64,000 nt of DNA from Candidatus Latescibacterota bacterium (GCA_965223905.1 CBDCXV010000001.1:608001-672000); one strand, 5' to 3'; shown: positions 18,618 to 31,374, counted from the first letter of the stretch. Translations and numbers: made by a program. Notes: generated by a model not told the origin, from the sequence alone.

Positions 18618-19952
18618 ATGACCGTTGATGAAGTGCGCGCACTGACAGCCGACAAGGGGATCGAGTTCTTCCTCTGTTCCTTCGTCGAGATGGGCGGAGC
18701 CCCCAAGGCGAAGCTCGTGCCGGTTACCAACCTCGACGAGATGGCCTCGGAAGGGGCCGGGTTCGCCGGCTTCGCGGTCGGCAACATGAACCAGGGCCCG
18801 CACAGCCCGGAGATGGCCAACATCCCAGACTTCGACTCGCTGACCGTCCTGCCCTGGCGCCGGGAGATGGCCTGGGTCCCCGGCAACGTCCAGGTCGAAG
18901 GGGAGCCGTACGACTACTGCCCGCGCACGATTCTCCAGCGCCAGCTCGAGCGCGCCCGCGAGCGCGGGCTGCTGTTCAACGTCGGCGTCGAGGCGGAGTT
19001 CCTGCTGCTGGCGCGGGACGAGGACGGCACCTGCCGCCCGTACGATCCCCTCGACGTGCTCGACAAGCCCTGCTACGACCTGGTCACCCTGAACCGCAAC
19101 TTCGACTTCATGACCACCCTGATCCGCCACCTGCAGGAGCTGGGCTGGGGGCCGTACGCCAACGACCACGAGGACGCCAACTGCCAGTTCGAGATCAACT
19201 GGCACTACGCGACGGCGATGGAGACGGCCGACCGCCACACCTTCTACCGCTGGATGGTCAAGGTGCTCGCCGAGGAACAGGGGTTGCTGGCGACCTTCAT
19301 GCCCAAGCCCTTCTCCCACCTGACCGGCTCGGGCGCCCACTACCACATGAGCCTCTGGGACCTCGACAACAGCACCAACCTGTTCGAGGACCTCGACGAC
19401 CCGGCCGGCCTGTCGCAGATGGCCTACCACTTCATGGGCGGCATCCTCGCCCATGCCCGCGCCCTGGCCGCGGTCGGCGCTCCCCTGGTCAACAGCTACA
19501 AGCGGCTGGTGCGCAACCGCCCGCGCTCGGGCGCCTCCTGGGCCCCGGTCTACGTCACCTACGGCGGCTCCAACCGCACCCAGATGATCCGCATCCCGGG
19601 ACCGGGGCGCATCGAGAACCGCTCCGTAGACGGTGCCGCCAACCCCTACCTCGCCTGCGCCGCGATGCTGGCGGCCGGGCTCGACGGCATCGACAACAAA
19701 ACCGACCCGGGGGAGCGCAACGAAGACAACCTCTACGAGGTTCCGGAGGAAGAGTTGCGGGAACGGGGCATCGATTTCCTGCCGGGGACACTGAGCGAGG
19801 CCTGCGACTGCCTCGAGCAGGACGACCTCGTCAGGCAGGCGCTCGGCACCGACTACGCCGACTACTACATCGAGTGCAAGCGGGAGGAGTGGCGGGAGTA
19901 CCACGACTTCGTCAGCCAGTGGGAGCGCGACCGCTACCTGCCGGTGCACTGA
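18618..19952 (+). CDS. gmaS: Gamma-glutamylmethylamide synthetase-like (GlnT-type glutamine synthetase family)
   Basis: [51 protein letters not shown]; follows sox genes. Confidence 0.8.
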   Translation: MTVDEVRALTADKGIEFFLCSFVEMGGAPKAKLVPVTNLDEMASEGAGFAGFAVGNMNQGPHSPEMANIPDFDSLTVLPWRREMAWVPGNVQVEGEPYDYCPRTILQRQLERARERGLLFNVGVEAEFLLLARDEDGTCRPYDPLDVLDKPCYDLVTLNRNFDFMTTLIRHLQELGWGPYANDHEDANCQFEINWHYATAMETADRHTFYRWMVKVLAEEQGLLATFMPKPFSHLTGSGAHYHMSLWDLDNSTNLFEDLDDPAGLSQMAYHFMGGILAHARALAAVGAPLVNSYKRLVRNRPRSGASWAPVYVTYGGSNRTQMIRIPGPGRIENRSVDGAANPYLACAAMLAAGLDGIDNKTDPGERNEDNLYEVPEEELRERGIDFLPGTLSEACDCLEQDDLVRQALGTDYADYYIECKREEWREYHDFVSQWERDRYLPVH

Positions 19953-20008
19953 AGCGGCCGGCGGTCGATGGCGTTTCTGCGGCTTCGGCCGCGACAAGGA
20001 GGACCATC

Positions 20009-22693
<2,685 letters not shown>

Positions 22694-22764
22694 TCCCCCG
22701 GCAACCGCCTTTGCCGTAACCGGCCCGGGGTTCGCCCACTCCCCATGTCGGGAAGGAGTACCCC

Positions 22765-23835
22765 ATGCAGCGGGAAGGACCAGAAAAAGCAGAGTCGCTG
22801 TATCGCGGCCTGTTCGAAGCATCGCACGACGCCCTTCTCATCACCGAGCGGGACGGGACCATCGTCGCGGCCAACGCCGCGGCCGCCCTCCTGTTCGGCT
22901 ATGACCGTGACGAGCTGACCGGCCTCGACATCCGCAGACTCTACCTGAATCCCGACGACCGCGCGCGCTTCCAGGAAGCGATCGAGCGGGCCGGGTTCGT
23001 GCGCGACTTCGAGGTCGCCTTCCGCGCCCGCGACGGCCGCCGCCTCGACTGCCTGTTGACGACTGCGGTCCGGCGAGGTGCGGACGGCACCGTAACCGGC
23101 TACCAGGGCATCATCCACGACGTCACCGAACGCCGGCGCATGGAGAAGCGGCTGCGCGATTACCAACGCAGGTTGCGCTCGCTCACGCTCGAGCTCTCCA
23201 TGAACCAGGAGCGCGAGCGGGCGCGGATCGCCACCGATCTCCACGACGGCGTCCTGCAGCTGGTGGTTGCGGCGCAACTGAAGCTCCAAGCGCTGCAGCG
23301 CAAAGGCGGCAGCGACGAAGCCCTGGTCGCCGGCCTGCGCGCCCTGTTCGATCAGATGGCTCACGACCTCCGCTCCATGACCTTCGACCTGAGCCCCCCG
23401 GTGCTCCGCAGGCTCGGGCTGGTACCCGGGCTGCAGTGGCTCGGCGAACAGATCGAGGACCTGCACGGGCTGGCGGTGGACCTGGCGACCGAAGGGGACT
23501 GCGCAGTGCCCGATTCCGACATGCGCGCCCTTGCGTTCCGGTGCGTCCGCGAGCTGCTCCTCAATGTGGCGAGGCACGCCGGCACGGACCGGGCGCGCGT
23601 CTCCCTGCGTGGCGATGAGACGCATCTGCAGGTGGCGGTAGAGGATGAGGGGGAGGGCTTCGACAGCGGACAGATCGATTTCGCCGCCGGCAGCCACTTC
23701 GGCCTGTTCAACATCCGGGAACGGGTAATCCTTGTCGGCGGCCGTTTCGAAATCGAGTCGGCGCCGGGGAAAGGGACGCGCTGTCTGCTGGCGATCCCGT
23801 TCTCTCCGGCCGGGCAGGAGGACGGTTTTCAATGA
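22765..23835 (+). CDS. Cytoplasmic PAS sensor histidine kinase (HisKA_3, NarX type)
   Basis: PAS (ANAAAALLFGY...DVTERR), ERARIATDLHD, RELLLNVARHA, DEGEGF, GLFNIRER; no TM segment. Confidence 0.93.
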   Translation: MQREGPEKAESLYRGLFEASHDALLITERDGTIVAANAAAALLFGYDRDELTGLDIRRLYLNPDDRARFQEAIERAGFVRDFEVAFRARDGRRLDCLLTTAVRRGADGTVTGYQGIIHDVTERRRMEKRLRDYQRRLRSLTLELSMNQERERARIATDLHDGVLQLVVAAQLKLQALQRKGGSDEALVAGLRALFDQMAHDLRSMTFDLSPPVLRRLGLVPGLQWLGEQIEDLHGLAVDLATEGDCAVPDSDMRALAFRCVRELLLNVARHAGTDRARVSLRGDETHLQVAVEDEGEGFDSGQIDFAAGSHFGLFNIRERVILVGGRFEIESAPGKGTRCLLAIPFSPAGQEDGFQ

Positions 23836-24479
23836 CTGCGAAAGTTCTGCTGGTCGACGATCACAAGATCGTGCGCGAAGGGCTGCGCGCGCTGCTCGAA
23901 GAAGAAAGCGACATCGAGGTGGTGGGCGAGGCCGGGGACGGCCGCGAGGCCATCGACCTGGTCTCAGAGCGCCGGCCCGAGGTCGTGGTCATGGACATCA
24001 GCATGCCCGGGATGGACGGCGTCGAGGCGACGCGCCGGATACGGAAGATGAACCCGAGGGTGAAGGTAGTGGCCCTGTCGATACACGCCGAAAAACAGTT
24101 CGTGGCCGGCATGCTGCGGGCGGGGGCCTCGGGTTACCTAGTAAAAACGGAGGCCGCCGGCGACCTGGTGGAGGCGATCCGGACGGTACTGGCAGGGGGC
24201 CAGTACGTGAGCCCGCAGCTGGTTGACCCCAACGTCGAGAATTACATGCAGCAGCTCATCGACGAAGGAGAGCAGCCCATACTGACTCCGCGCGAACGAG
24301 AGGTTCTCAGGCTCATCGCCGAAGGGAAGACGAACCGCCAAATAGCCGATGAACTGTACGTGAGCGAGAAAACCGTCGGAAACCATCGCCAGCATATCAT
24401 GGATAAGCTCGACCTGCACAACACGGCCGACCTCACCCGGTACGCCATCAAAGAGGGAATTTCGTTTCTCGATTCGTGA
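23832..24479 (+). CDS. NarL/LuxR family response regulator
   Basis: LLVDDH, VMDISMP, GYLVK, LTPREREVL..G.TNRQIA..L..SEKTV; ATGA overlap with the kinase. Confidence 0.95.
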   Translation: MTAKVLLVDDHKIVREGLRALLEEESDIEVVGEAGDGREAIDLVSERRPEVVVMDISMPGMDGVEATRRIRKMNPRVKVVALSIHAEKQFVAGMLRAGASGYLVKTEAAGDLVEAIRTVLAGGQYVSPQLVDPNVENYMQQLIDEGEQPILTPREREVLRLIAEGKTNRQIADELYVSEKTVGNHRQHIMDKLDLHNTADLTRYAIKEGISFLDS

Positions 24480-24612
24480 GTCCCGCAGCCAAGGTCACTT
24501 TCTACGGGAGCCAAAAACAAAAAGTCTTCGGAACCCCGACAAATGAGGAGTTCACCCTATAGGATAGCCCTGGATCGCTGGCTACCTTGGGTAGCGAAAG
24601 GATACTTGGGGT

Positions 24613-25185
24613 TTGAAATACTTCGCACTCACACCAGTACTCAGAATGGTCGCGGCCATTGCGGTAGGAACGACCGCAGGCTATGGAATGTTAAACCTGC
24701 ATAAAGCTCCCCCGGTCAAGGAAGCTCCCTTGGTCGAGAAAATGGAGTTTGGAGAACCAGACGACGGGCTTCGCCAACTGGTGGGCCAGGATTTGGCTCC
24801 GTACTGGGGGGACGAGACGGCTGGCGTAAGCTTTCAGGAAGTTCGTGATGGCGTTCTTCTGTTCGTCGATCCGTCATGTAGTGCGTGCGATCAGGTTTTC
24901 TCAACGGCTCTTCAAGTTCGGGAGCAGTTTCCGGTAATGCTTGCCGTCGATCACCCGCCGACGGCGGAACTGGAAAGCTACCGCGCCTATTTTGGGGCCG
25001 GCGACCTGCCGGTGATGCACGAGACCGTGGAACTGCGCCGGGCGCTTCCGGTCGACTACTGGCCGACCGCTGTCCTGGTCCGGGACGGCCGGGTGACGGC
25101 GGCAGGTGACGGTAGCGCCAAGGTCAACCAGATACTCACCGAAGCTCTGCGCGATTCGGGCTTGTCCCATATACCCTTTCAATAA
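24613..25185 (+). CDS. Membrane-anchored thioredoxin-fold protein (CSAC; MauD/ResA-like)
   Basis: N-terminal hydrophobic segment, VLLFVDPSCSAC, cis-Pro strand YWPTAVLVRDGRV; start uncertain (TTG 24613 or a slightly later ATG). Confidence 0.7.
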   Translation: MKYFALTPVLRMVAAIAVGTTAGYGMLNLHKAPPVKEAPLVEKMEFGEPDDGLRQLVGQDLAPYWGDETAGVSFQEVRDGVLLFVDPSCSACDQVFSTALQVREQFPVMLAVDHPPTAELESYRAYFGAGDLPVMHETVELRRALPVDYWPTAVLVRDGRVTAAGDGSAKVNQILTEALRDSGLSHIPFQ

Positions 25186-25196
25186 AGGAGGAAGTC

Positions 25197-25592
25197 ATGA
25201 TCCGTATCATAATGAGCATTCGGCCATCGGAGTTGATCGTCGCCCTGCTCGTGGCAAGTGGTGTGGTCGTCTTCGGTTCCGTGGAGGATGCGAGGGCCGA
25301 TTACTCCATCTCTGAGGTGTGCGCCAGTCTCGAGTTGTATGAGCAATCGGGATGGTTCTGCGAAGAGAACGCAGAATGCAGGTCTGAAACACAGTGTATA
25401 CGAGTGTTTACCGACCAGGACGAATACTATGAACAGGAATGGAGGTTCTGGAAAACTCGGCAAATCAGGATCATGAAGCTTCCACCCACCGGTACCCCTT
25501 GCTCCGTCATAAACAGCCGGTGTCCTGCCTTTCATACCTCGACAGATTGCGGTGGTGCTTCGGGGTATTATGAAATACTCGGACCCTGTTAG
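25197..25592 (+). CDS. Secreted cysteine-rich miniprotein (8 Cys, C-terminal Cys)
   Basis: RBS AAGGAGGA; signal peptide ending ARA|D; eight Cys in the mature part. Confidence 0.75.
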   Translation: MIRIIMSIRPSELIVALLVASGVVVFGSVEDARADYSISEVCASLELYEQSGWFCEENAECRSETQCIRVFTDQDEYYEQEWRFWKTRQIRIMKLPPTGTPCSVINSRCPAFHTSTDCGGASGYYEILGPC

Positions 25593-25700
25593 TCAGGAGC
25601 TACCGATCCCGGCTCAATAGCCGGGGATTCAAGGATGTTCCGGCGTACATGATGTGTCGCTGACCTGACCGCAAACCTATTTGCCCCGAAGGAGGTTCTC

Positions 25701-26402
25701 ATGCAGAAAATCTTAATCTTGTCATCCATCTTGTTTCTGGGCCTTTTCGGTCTTCCGCTCTCCGCTTTGGAAGAGAACTTTGACGGAGCATGGGAGTACA
25801 GCGGTGTTGTTGAGAATGCAGAGGGAACAGTCTCCTGGAACTCCCGGTTGGACTTCCAAGGCGGAACCTTTGAGCTCAACTACCTCACCGAGCTGGATTT
25901 TGATTTGCACCCGGAATGGACAGTCGATGACAAGGGACTCCTGGAAATGCTTGAAGAAAGTTGGCCCCCATTGAACACCATATCCCTCCAAGGCAACGGT
26001 ACGTACGCGGTCGATGGCGACAGTCTTTGGATGTATTTCGACGAAGTCGACTGGCGTTACAACGAAGACTCGATTATCGAGTTTTACGCGAAGTTCATCG
26101 GCAATTTGGCCTATGGCTCAGATGAATTGACCGTTGAGGAAATACGGGAGTTGGAGCGGGAGTCGGGCAACGAGGTTCTGGTTCTTTTTGAACAAGAGAA
26201 TCTCCTCGAAATCCTCAACGAGTACTACAGGTACGCCTATACTGTTGAGGGCGAAACTCTGTTCCTTTCAGTCAATGATAGTGAAAAGCTTTTTCTCAAG
26301 AATCCAGCGAGGGCGAAATCGTTGGAATACCACCGCATCGAGCCCGCCACCGCAGTTACCCGGACCACTTGGGGCGACTTGAAAGCAACCTTTGCGCCGT
26401 GA
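25701..26402 (+). CDS. Secreted acidic protein with C-terminal TWGxLK tail, paralogue 1
   Basis: RBS AAGGAGG; signal peptide ...PLSA|LEE; G.W and G.GTY...GDSL beta-barrel-like motifs; ends LEYHRIEPATAVTRTTWGDLKATFAP. Confidence 0.8.
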   Translation: MQKILILSSILFLGLFGLPLSALEENFDGAWEYSGVVENAEGTVSWNSRLDFQGGTFELNYLTELDFDLHPEWTVDDKGLLEMLEESWPPLNTISLQGNGTYAVDGDSLWMYFDEVDWRYNEDSIIEFYAKFIGNLAYGSDELTVEEIRELERESGNEVLVLFEQENLLEILNEYYRYAYTVEGETLFLSVNDSEKLFLKNPARAKSLEYHRIEPATAVTRTTWGDLKATFAP

Positions 26403-26449
26403 GTGTCCGCCTCGATTCCCTGTTCGGGACCCCGAATAAGGAGATTCCC

Positions 26450-27265
26450 ATGCACCGGAAAATACTGTCCTCCATCTTGCCCCTCGGCTTGCTTGCAGTT
26501 CCTCTCTCCGCTCTGGAAGACCCTCTCGTCGGCACGTGGGGGTCGAGCATTGTTGAGCAGGGACTTTCCGGGACCGCTCGCCTCACCTTCCAGGCGGACG
26601 GCACCTTTCATCTCAGCCACGTCGGAAAGACGGAAGATGGGTACTGGAGGGTACCGGATGTATTTGAGGAAGATGAGGACCTCTCCGCTGAAGAGGCCGA
26701 GGCCCTGAACGAGATCTTCAGGAAAGCGTGGCCCGAAATCCCGCTGGAGACGGCCTCCTTCCTCGGCTCCGGCACGTACGCCACCGCCGGCGACAGCCTC
26801 TGGTTGGAATGGGCCGATGTCGACATGTCGTATGACGACAGGGATTTTACCGAGTTCTACATCGAGTTCTGGGTCCAATTCACCCTCAACTGGGAAGCCC
26901 TGCACCGTGCTGCAGAGGGACGCGATTTCCCCGAAGAGGAGTATTCGGCGCTCGAGCAGGAGCTTGAGCAGAAGTATGCCGCCGAGCTTCCAGCCGTACT
27001 CAATTCGGAGGCCCTCCTCGCTGCACTGAACCAAGTCCCGCCCGGTATTTACGCTATTGAAGGTGAAGGGGGGACCTTGTTCCTTGAAGGCCCGTTCCAT
27101 GACGCCGGTCCATGGTTCCTTGAAGGCCAAACCCTTCTTGACGGCGAGACTATTGCCCTCAAGAGCGGCACGAGTGCGAAACCGTTGGAATACCACCGAA
27201 TCGGTCCAGCGACTGCTGTCACCCGGACCACCTGGGGCGGCCTGAAAGCAACTATGGCGCCGTGA
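26450..27265 (+). CDS. Secreted acidic protein with C-terminal TWGxLK tail, paralogue 2
   Basis: RBS AAGGAG; signal peptide ...PLSA|LED; LVGTW, GSGTYATAGDSL; ends LEYHRIGPATAVTRTTWGGLKATMAP. Confidence 0.8.
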   Translation: MHRKILSSILPLGLLAVPLSALEDPLVGTWGSSIVEQGLSGTARLTFQADGTFHLSHVGKTEDGYWRVPDVFEEDEDLSAEEAEALNEIFRKAWPEIPLETASFLGSGTYATAGDSLWLEWADVDMSYDDRDFTEFYIEFWVQFTLNWEALHRAAEGRDFPEEEYSALEQELEQKYAAELPAVLNSEALLAALNQVPPGIYAIEGEGGTLFLEGPFHDAGPWFLEGQTLLDGETIALKSGTSAKPLEYHRIGPATAVTRTTWGGLKATMAP

Positions 27266-27300
27266 GTATGCGCTCTGGCAGAGACCCGACGCATGTAGTG

Positions 27301-27338
27301 AGGGGCCGGTCACCTGGGCGACCGGCCCCTGTTTTTTT
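27301..27338 (+). terminator. Intrinsic terminator after the TWG paralogues
   Basis: AGGGGCCGGTC-ACCTGGGC-GACCGGCCCCT perfect 11-bp stem followed by GTTTTTTT. Confidence 0.85.
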
Positions 27339-27375
27339 GGGGGCCCACTCCAGGCTCGAATTCACCGGCAAAGGG

Positions 27376-29367
27376 ATAAACGAAACGCCCACTCGATTGA
27401 TCCTCTTCCTTGCACTGCTTCCGCTGGCCACACTCGTGGAAGCCGGTCGCCCAGCATCTTCCAGTTTCGCCTCATCTCTGAAAGATTGGTCTTTCCAATC
27501 CCTGCTTGCCCCCGAGGACGGGAACCCCTCCGGCACTCTCCTCGACGAACTTTCCGGGGTGACGGCTACCGGCAAGGGGGTGATCGTCGGCATCATCGAC
27601 TCCGGTATCGACTGGCGCCATCCCGATTTCCGCGACCCTTCCGACAGCCTGCGCAGCCGTATCCTCAGCATCTGGGACACGAAGCATTACCTTGCGCTTG
27701 GCGCTGCATCGATGGAAGAGGGTCCGCCCCCGCCCGGGTTTGACTATGGCCGAGAGTGGAGACGCAACGAAATTGAAGCGGGACTCCGCGGCGAAATCCG
27801 TGGACCAGCACGCGATCCGGTTCTCGATCACGGGACCTATGTCGCCGGAATCGCCGCCGGCAACGGCAACGCCGATCCCCGATACCGGGGCATGGCACCC
27901 GATGCGGAAATCGTCGTGGTCACTGATGGCGAAGAATCGACCATATCCGACGCCCTCCGTTACATCTTTGAAGTTGCGGAGCGCGAAGGCCTTCCGGCGG
28001 TGGTGAATCTCAGCGGGGGTCTGGCTTGGGGCTACCGGGAAGAAAACCTGGAAGAGCTCTTTCGCGAGCAACCGGGCAGGGCCCTGGTCGCCGCGGCGGG
28101 CAACGTCGGCCAACAGCAGCATGTCCGCTTCGATCTGGAGGAGACCGCATACTACACGGTTTTTCAGACGCATGAGGAGGTTCCTCCGTTGTGGAAGTCG
28201 GAAGAAGTACCTGGGAGACGCTACCGTTGGCTTGTCGCCTACCACCAAGGCCCAGGAGAGGCCTGGGTCGGCACGGGCCGCTCCGAGGAGGAGATGGTCT
28301 GGCGTTCTTCGCATGAGGTTGCCGATCTGGGAGGGGAGCCGGACGGCCATCCCTTTCTCGTGGAAGATCCCGAGTACGTATTGGACAGCCTCGTGACGGC
28401 GACCGGCGATACCCTGGGGCGCACCGCCTGGTCGGGCCATCATGTCGGGGAAAACATCTGGCTGCAGATCGTGGTCGAGAACTGGATGCCGGAGCAATCG
28501 GATTGGCGGTTTGCGGCAAAGGGGAGCGGAGTGCTCCATGTCTGGGTGCGGTCAAGGGCCCCCTCGCAGGTACTGGATTCCCGGTCGATCGATGACCCGT
28601 ACTTCCAGCCATACGACAACCTCTACACCCTCTCCTATCCCTCTACGTCACCGGAAGTGATTTCGGTGGGCGCCTTTGCCAACCGGGTGCCGGATGCCTA
28701 CGAGAACCTGCAGGCCGGCGATCTGATGCCGTACTCATCGCGAGGTCCTTCCCTGGACGGCCTGCTGAAGCCCGACCTGATTGCTCCCAGTGTTCTGACC
28801 GCGGCGCGCAGCGGCGACTCGACCAGATACCGCGACGGCTTCGGCCGGGGAGGAGGCGGCACCAGCGCCGCGTCCCCCGTCGTTGCGGGGGCCGTTGCCC
28901 TCTACTTCGAGCGCTTTCCCCGGGCAACCAACCGCGAGGTCTGGCGGGCCCTCACGGAATCTGCCACATCCGACGAGTTCACCGGGGAGACCCCCAATTT
29001 CGACTGGGGGTACGGCAAGCTCGACGTCGCCGCCTTTCTGCAGGAACCGCCCACGGTGGTCGCGGTCGAACCCGGGGAGATTCGCCCCGCCGGCTTTTCG
29101 CTTGAGCAGAACTACCCCAACCCGTTTAACGGGAGCACATCGATCAGCTACCAGCTTCCGGGCCCCGGTGCGGTTGAGCTGATCCTCTATGACCTGCTGG
29201 GCCACCCAGTGCGGCGCCTAGTGTCGGAATACCAGGGAGCCGGGTTGCACGAAACCGCCTGGGACGGGGCCGATGACGAAGGGAAACAGGTCGCCAGCGG
29301 GGTATACCTGTACAAGCTGGAGGTGGGTGACCAACTGCTTTCGCGCCGTCTCGTTTTCGTTCGCTGA
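27376..29367 (+). CDS. S8 subtilisin-like protease with FlgD-Ig/T9SS-like C-terminal domain, copy 1 (start uncertain)
   Basis: IIDSG, HGT, AAAGN, GTSAASP; FSLEQNYPNPFN...WDG...ASGVYLY; signal peptide RLILFLALLPLATLVEA; start either ATA 27376 or TTG 27397. Confidence 0.88.
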   Translation: MNETPTRLILFLALLPLATLVEAGRPASSSFASSLKDWSFQSLLAPEDGNPSGTLLDELSGVTATGKGVIVGIIDSGIDWRHPDFRDPSDSLRSRILSIWDTKHYLALGAASMEEGPPPPGFDYGREWRRNEIEAGLRGEIRGPARDPVLDHGTYVAGIAAGNGNADPRYRGMAPDAEIVVVTDGEESTISDALRYIFEVAEREGLPAVVNLSGGLAWGYREENLEELFREQPGRALVAAAGNVGQQQHVRFDLEETAYYTVFQTHEEVPPLWKSEEVPGRRYRWLVAYHQGPGEAWVGTGRSEEEMVWRSSHEVADLGGEPDGHPFLVEDPEYVLDSLVTATGDTLGRTAWSGHHVGENIWLQIVVENWMPEQSDWRFAAKGSGVLHVWVRSRAPSQVLDSRSIDDPYFQPYDNLYTLSYPSTSPEVISVGAFANRVPDAYENLQAGDLMPYSSRGPSLDGLLKPDLIAPSVLTAARSGDSTRYRDGFGRGGGGTSAASPVVAGAVALYFERFPRATNREVWRALTESATSDEFTGETPNFDWGYGKLDVAAFLQEPPTVVAVEPGEIRPAGFSLEQNYPNPFNGSTSISYQLPGPGAVELILYDLLGHPVRRLVSEYQGAGLHETAWDGADDEGKQVASGVYLYKLEVGDQLLSRRLVFVR

Positions 29368-29403
29368 ACCCGCCGACACTGGGATTTTCGCGGGGAAGTC
29401 AAG

Positions 29404-31293
29404 ATGAAGCTCACCATTCTGAGTTTCCTTTCCCTGCTCACGCAGGTGCCCCTCACTGCGGCCGAAGTCCCCGCAACTCCAGGTACCTCACCTGCCCTGA
29501 ACGGGTTGTCTTTCCGTTCCCTGGTTGGTGCCGTGGAAGGAGAACCCTCCGGCAGCCTGCTCGAATCCCTGTCCGGGGTGACGGGCACGGGCAAGGGGGT
29601 GATCGTCGGCATCATCGACACTGGAATCGACTGGCGCCACCCCGACTTCCGCGACCCCGCCGACAGTCTGCGCAGCCGCATTCTCAGCATCTGGGACTCA
29701 GAGGGGACCCTGGTGGTGAAAGAGGGTCCGCCCCCTGATGGGTTCGACTACGGCCGGGAATGGACGCGTGACGAGATCGAGGCCGCGCTGCGCGGCGAGG
29801 CAGGCGGACCGCCGCGAGACCCCTACCGTCACGGGACCTTTGTCGCCGGCATCGCCGCGGGAAACGGCAACGCGGACTCGCGCTACCGGGGGATGGCTCC
29901 CGAATCGGAGATCGTCGTCGTCACTCTGGGGGTAATTGACGGTGCCCGCTACATATTCGGCCTGGCAGAGAAAAGAGGTCGGCCGGCTGTGGTGAACTAC
30001 AGCGGCGGAACTTCCCTTTCTCATGATGAGCGTAAAGAGTTGGAGATTCTCTTGCGAGAAAAACCGGGCCGGGCGCTGGTCGCCTCTGCGGGCAACGGGG
30101 GACAGGGTCTGCGCCACGCCCGTTTCGACCTGACCGCGGACCCTTCCTATACGATTTACCGGACGAGCCCAAGGGAGGAGGAGCCCGGGAGTGAATTGAT
30201 GCTCGAAGCTTATCATCAGGGTCCGGGGGAAGCCTGGATCGGGGCAGGGTTGTCCGAGGATGAAATGGTCTGGCGCTCCCTGGACGAGATAGCGGAAAGC
30301 GAATTCGAAGATGTAACCGACAGCCTGGGGACCGCGAAGGTCGTTTGGGCGGGTGGCTATGACGAGACGGACATCAAGCTGTTTATCCACATCGAGGACA
30401 CCAATCCCGAACCGGTGGAATGGCGGGTGGCGGCGAGAGGCAGCGGGGTATTCCACACCTGGCTCTGGTCCGGCGGACCGCTGGACGAACCTGTGCAGGG
30501 ACCGCTGGACGATCCGCTATACCGCCCCCGCGACAACTACTACACCCTCTCGTCCCCTTCCACCTTTCCGGAGGTCATCGCGGTCGGAGCCTTCGCCAAC
30601 CGGGACCTGGAGTTTCTTGCGGATACCTACCTGGACCTCTTCGACGACCTGAAAATCGGAGACCTCCTGCCGTTCTCATCCAGAGGGCCTGCCTTGGATG
30701 GCCTGCTCAAGCCCGACCTCGTGGCTCCGGGTGTGCTGACGGCGGCCTGGAGCGGTGATTCCACGAATTACCGGACCGCGGCGGGAACCAGCATTTCCGC
30801 GCCGGTCGTTTCCGGCGCCATGGCCCTCTACTTCGAGCGCATTCCCCGGGCCACCAACCGCGAGGTCTGGAGCGCCCTGACGGAATCGGCCGCTTCCGAC
30901 GGGTTTACCGGGGAGACCCCCAACCTCGACTGGGGGTACGGCAAGCTCGACGTCGCTGCCTTTCTGAAGGAACCGCCCACCGTGGTCGGCGCGGAGGCAA
31001 GGGACGTTCGCCCCGCTGGCTTTTCGCTTGAGCAGAACTACCCCAACCCGTTCAACGGGCGCACGACGTTCACCTACGAACTGCCGAAGCTTGGGAGGGT
31101 GGAGCTGACTCTCTACGATCTGCTGGGCCAGCCGGTGTGCCGCCTGGTGTCGGAGTACCAAGGCGCCGGGTTTCACCGTGTCGCGTGGGACGGAGCCGAT
31201 GACGAGGGGAACCAGGTCGCCAGCGGAGTATACCTGTACCGGCTGAAGGCGGGGAACCAGCAGCAGGCGCGGCGGCTCGTTCTCGTTCGCTAG
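29404..31293 (+). CDS. S8 protease with FlgD-Ig/T9SS-like C-terminal domain, copy 2
   Basis: Signal peptide; IIDTG, HGT, ASAGN, GTSISAP; QNYPNPFN C-terminal domain. Confidence 0.92.
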   Translation: MKLTILSFLSLLTQVPLTAAEVPATPGTSPALNGLSFRSLVGAVEGEPSGSLLESLSGVTGTGKGVIVGIIDTGIDWRHPDFRDPADSLRSRILSIWDSEGTLVVKEGPPPDGFDYGREWTRDEIEAALRGEAGGPPRDPYRHGTFVAGIAAGNGNADSRYRGMAPESEIVVVTLGVIDGARYIFGLAEKRGRPAVVNYSGGTSLSHDERKELEILLREKPGRALVASAGNGGQGLRHARFDLTADPSYTIYRTSPREEEPGSELMLEAYHQGPGEAWIGAGLSEDEMVWRSLDEIAESEFEDVTDSLGTAKVVWAGGYDETDIKLFIHIEDTNPEPVEWRVAARGSGVFHTWLWSGGPLDEPVQGPLDDPLYRPRDNYYTLSSPSTFPEVIAVGAFANRDLEFLADTYLDLFDDLKIGDLLPFSSRGPALDGLLKPDLVAPGVLTAAWSGDSTNYRTAAGTSISAPVVSGAMALYFERIPRATNREVWSALTESAASDGFTGETPNLDWGYGKLDVAAFLKEPPTVVGAEARDVRPAGFSLEQNYPNPFNGRTTFTYELPKLGRVELTLYDLLGQPVCRLVSEYQGAGFHRVAWDGADDEGNQVASGVYLYRLKAGNQQQARRLVLVR

Positions 31294-31374
31294 CCCGAAT
31301 CGTTCACCGCAGCGGCGTCGAGGTGGCGCAATGGACGCCCCCAAACTCTGTATGCGGAACTTTTGTCATCAATC

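Noticed and set aside
24613-25592. Methylamine dehydrogenase mauD-mauA
   Set aside because: The miniprotein lacks the MauA Cys/Trp pattern and Tat signal, and no mauB, mauE or mauG is present despite the nearby methylamine genes.
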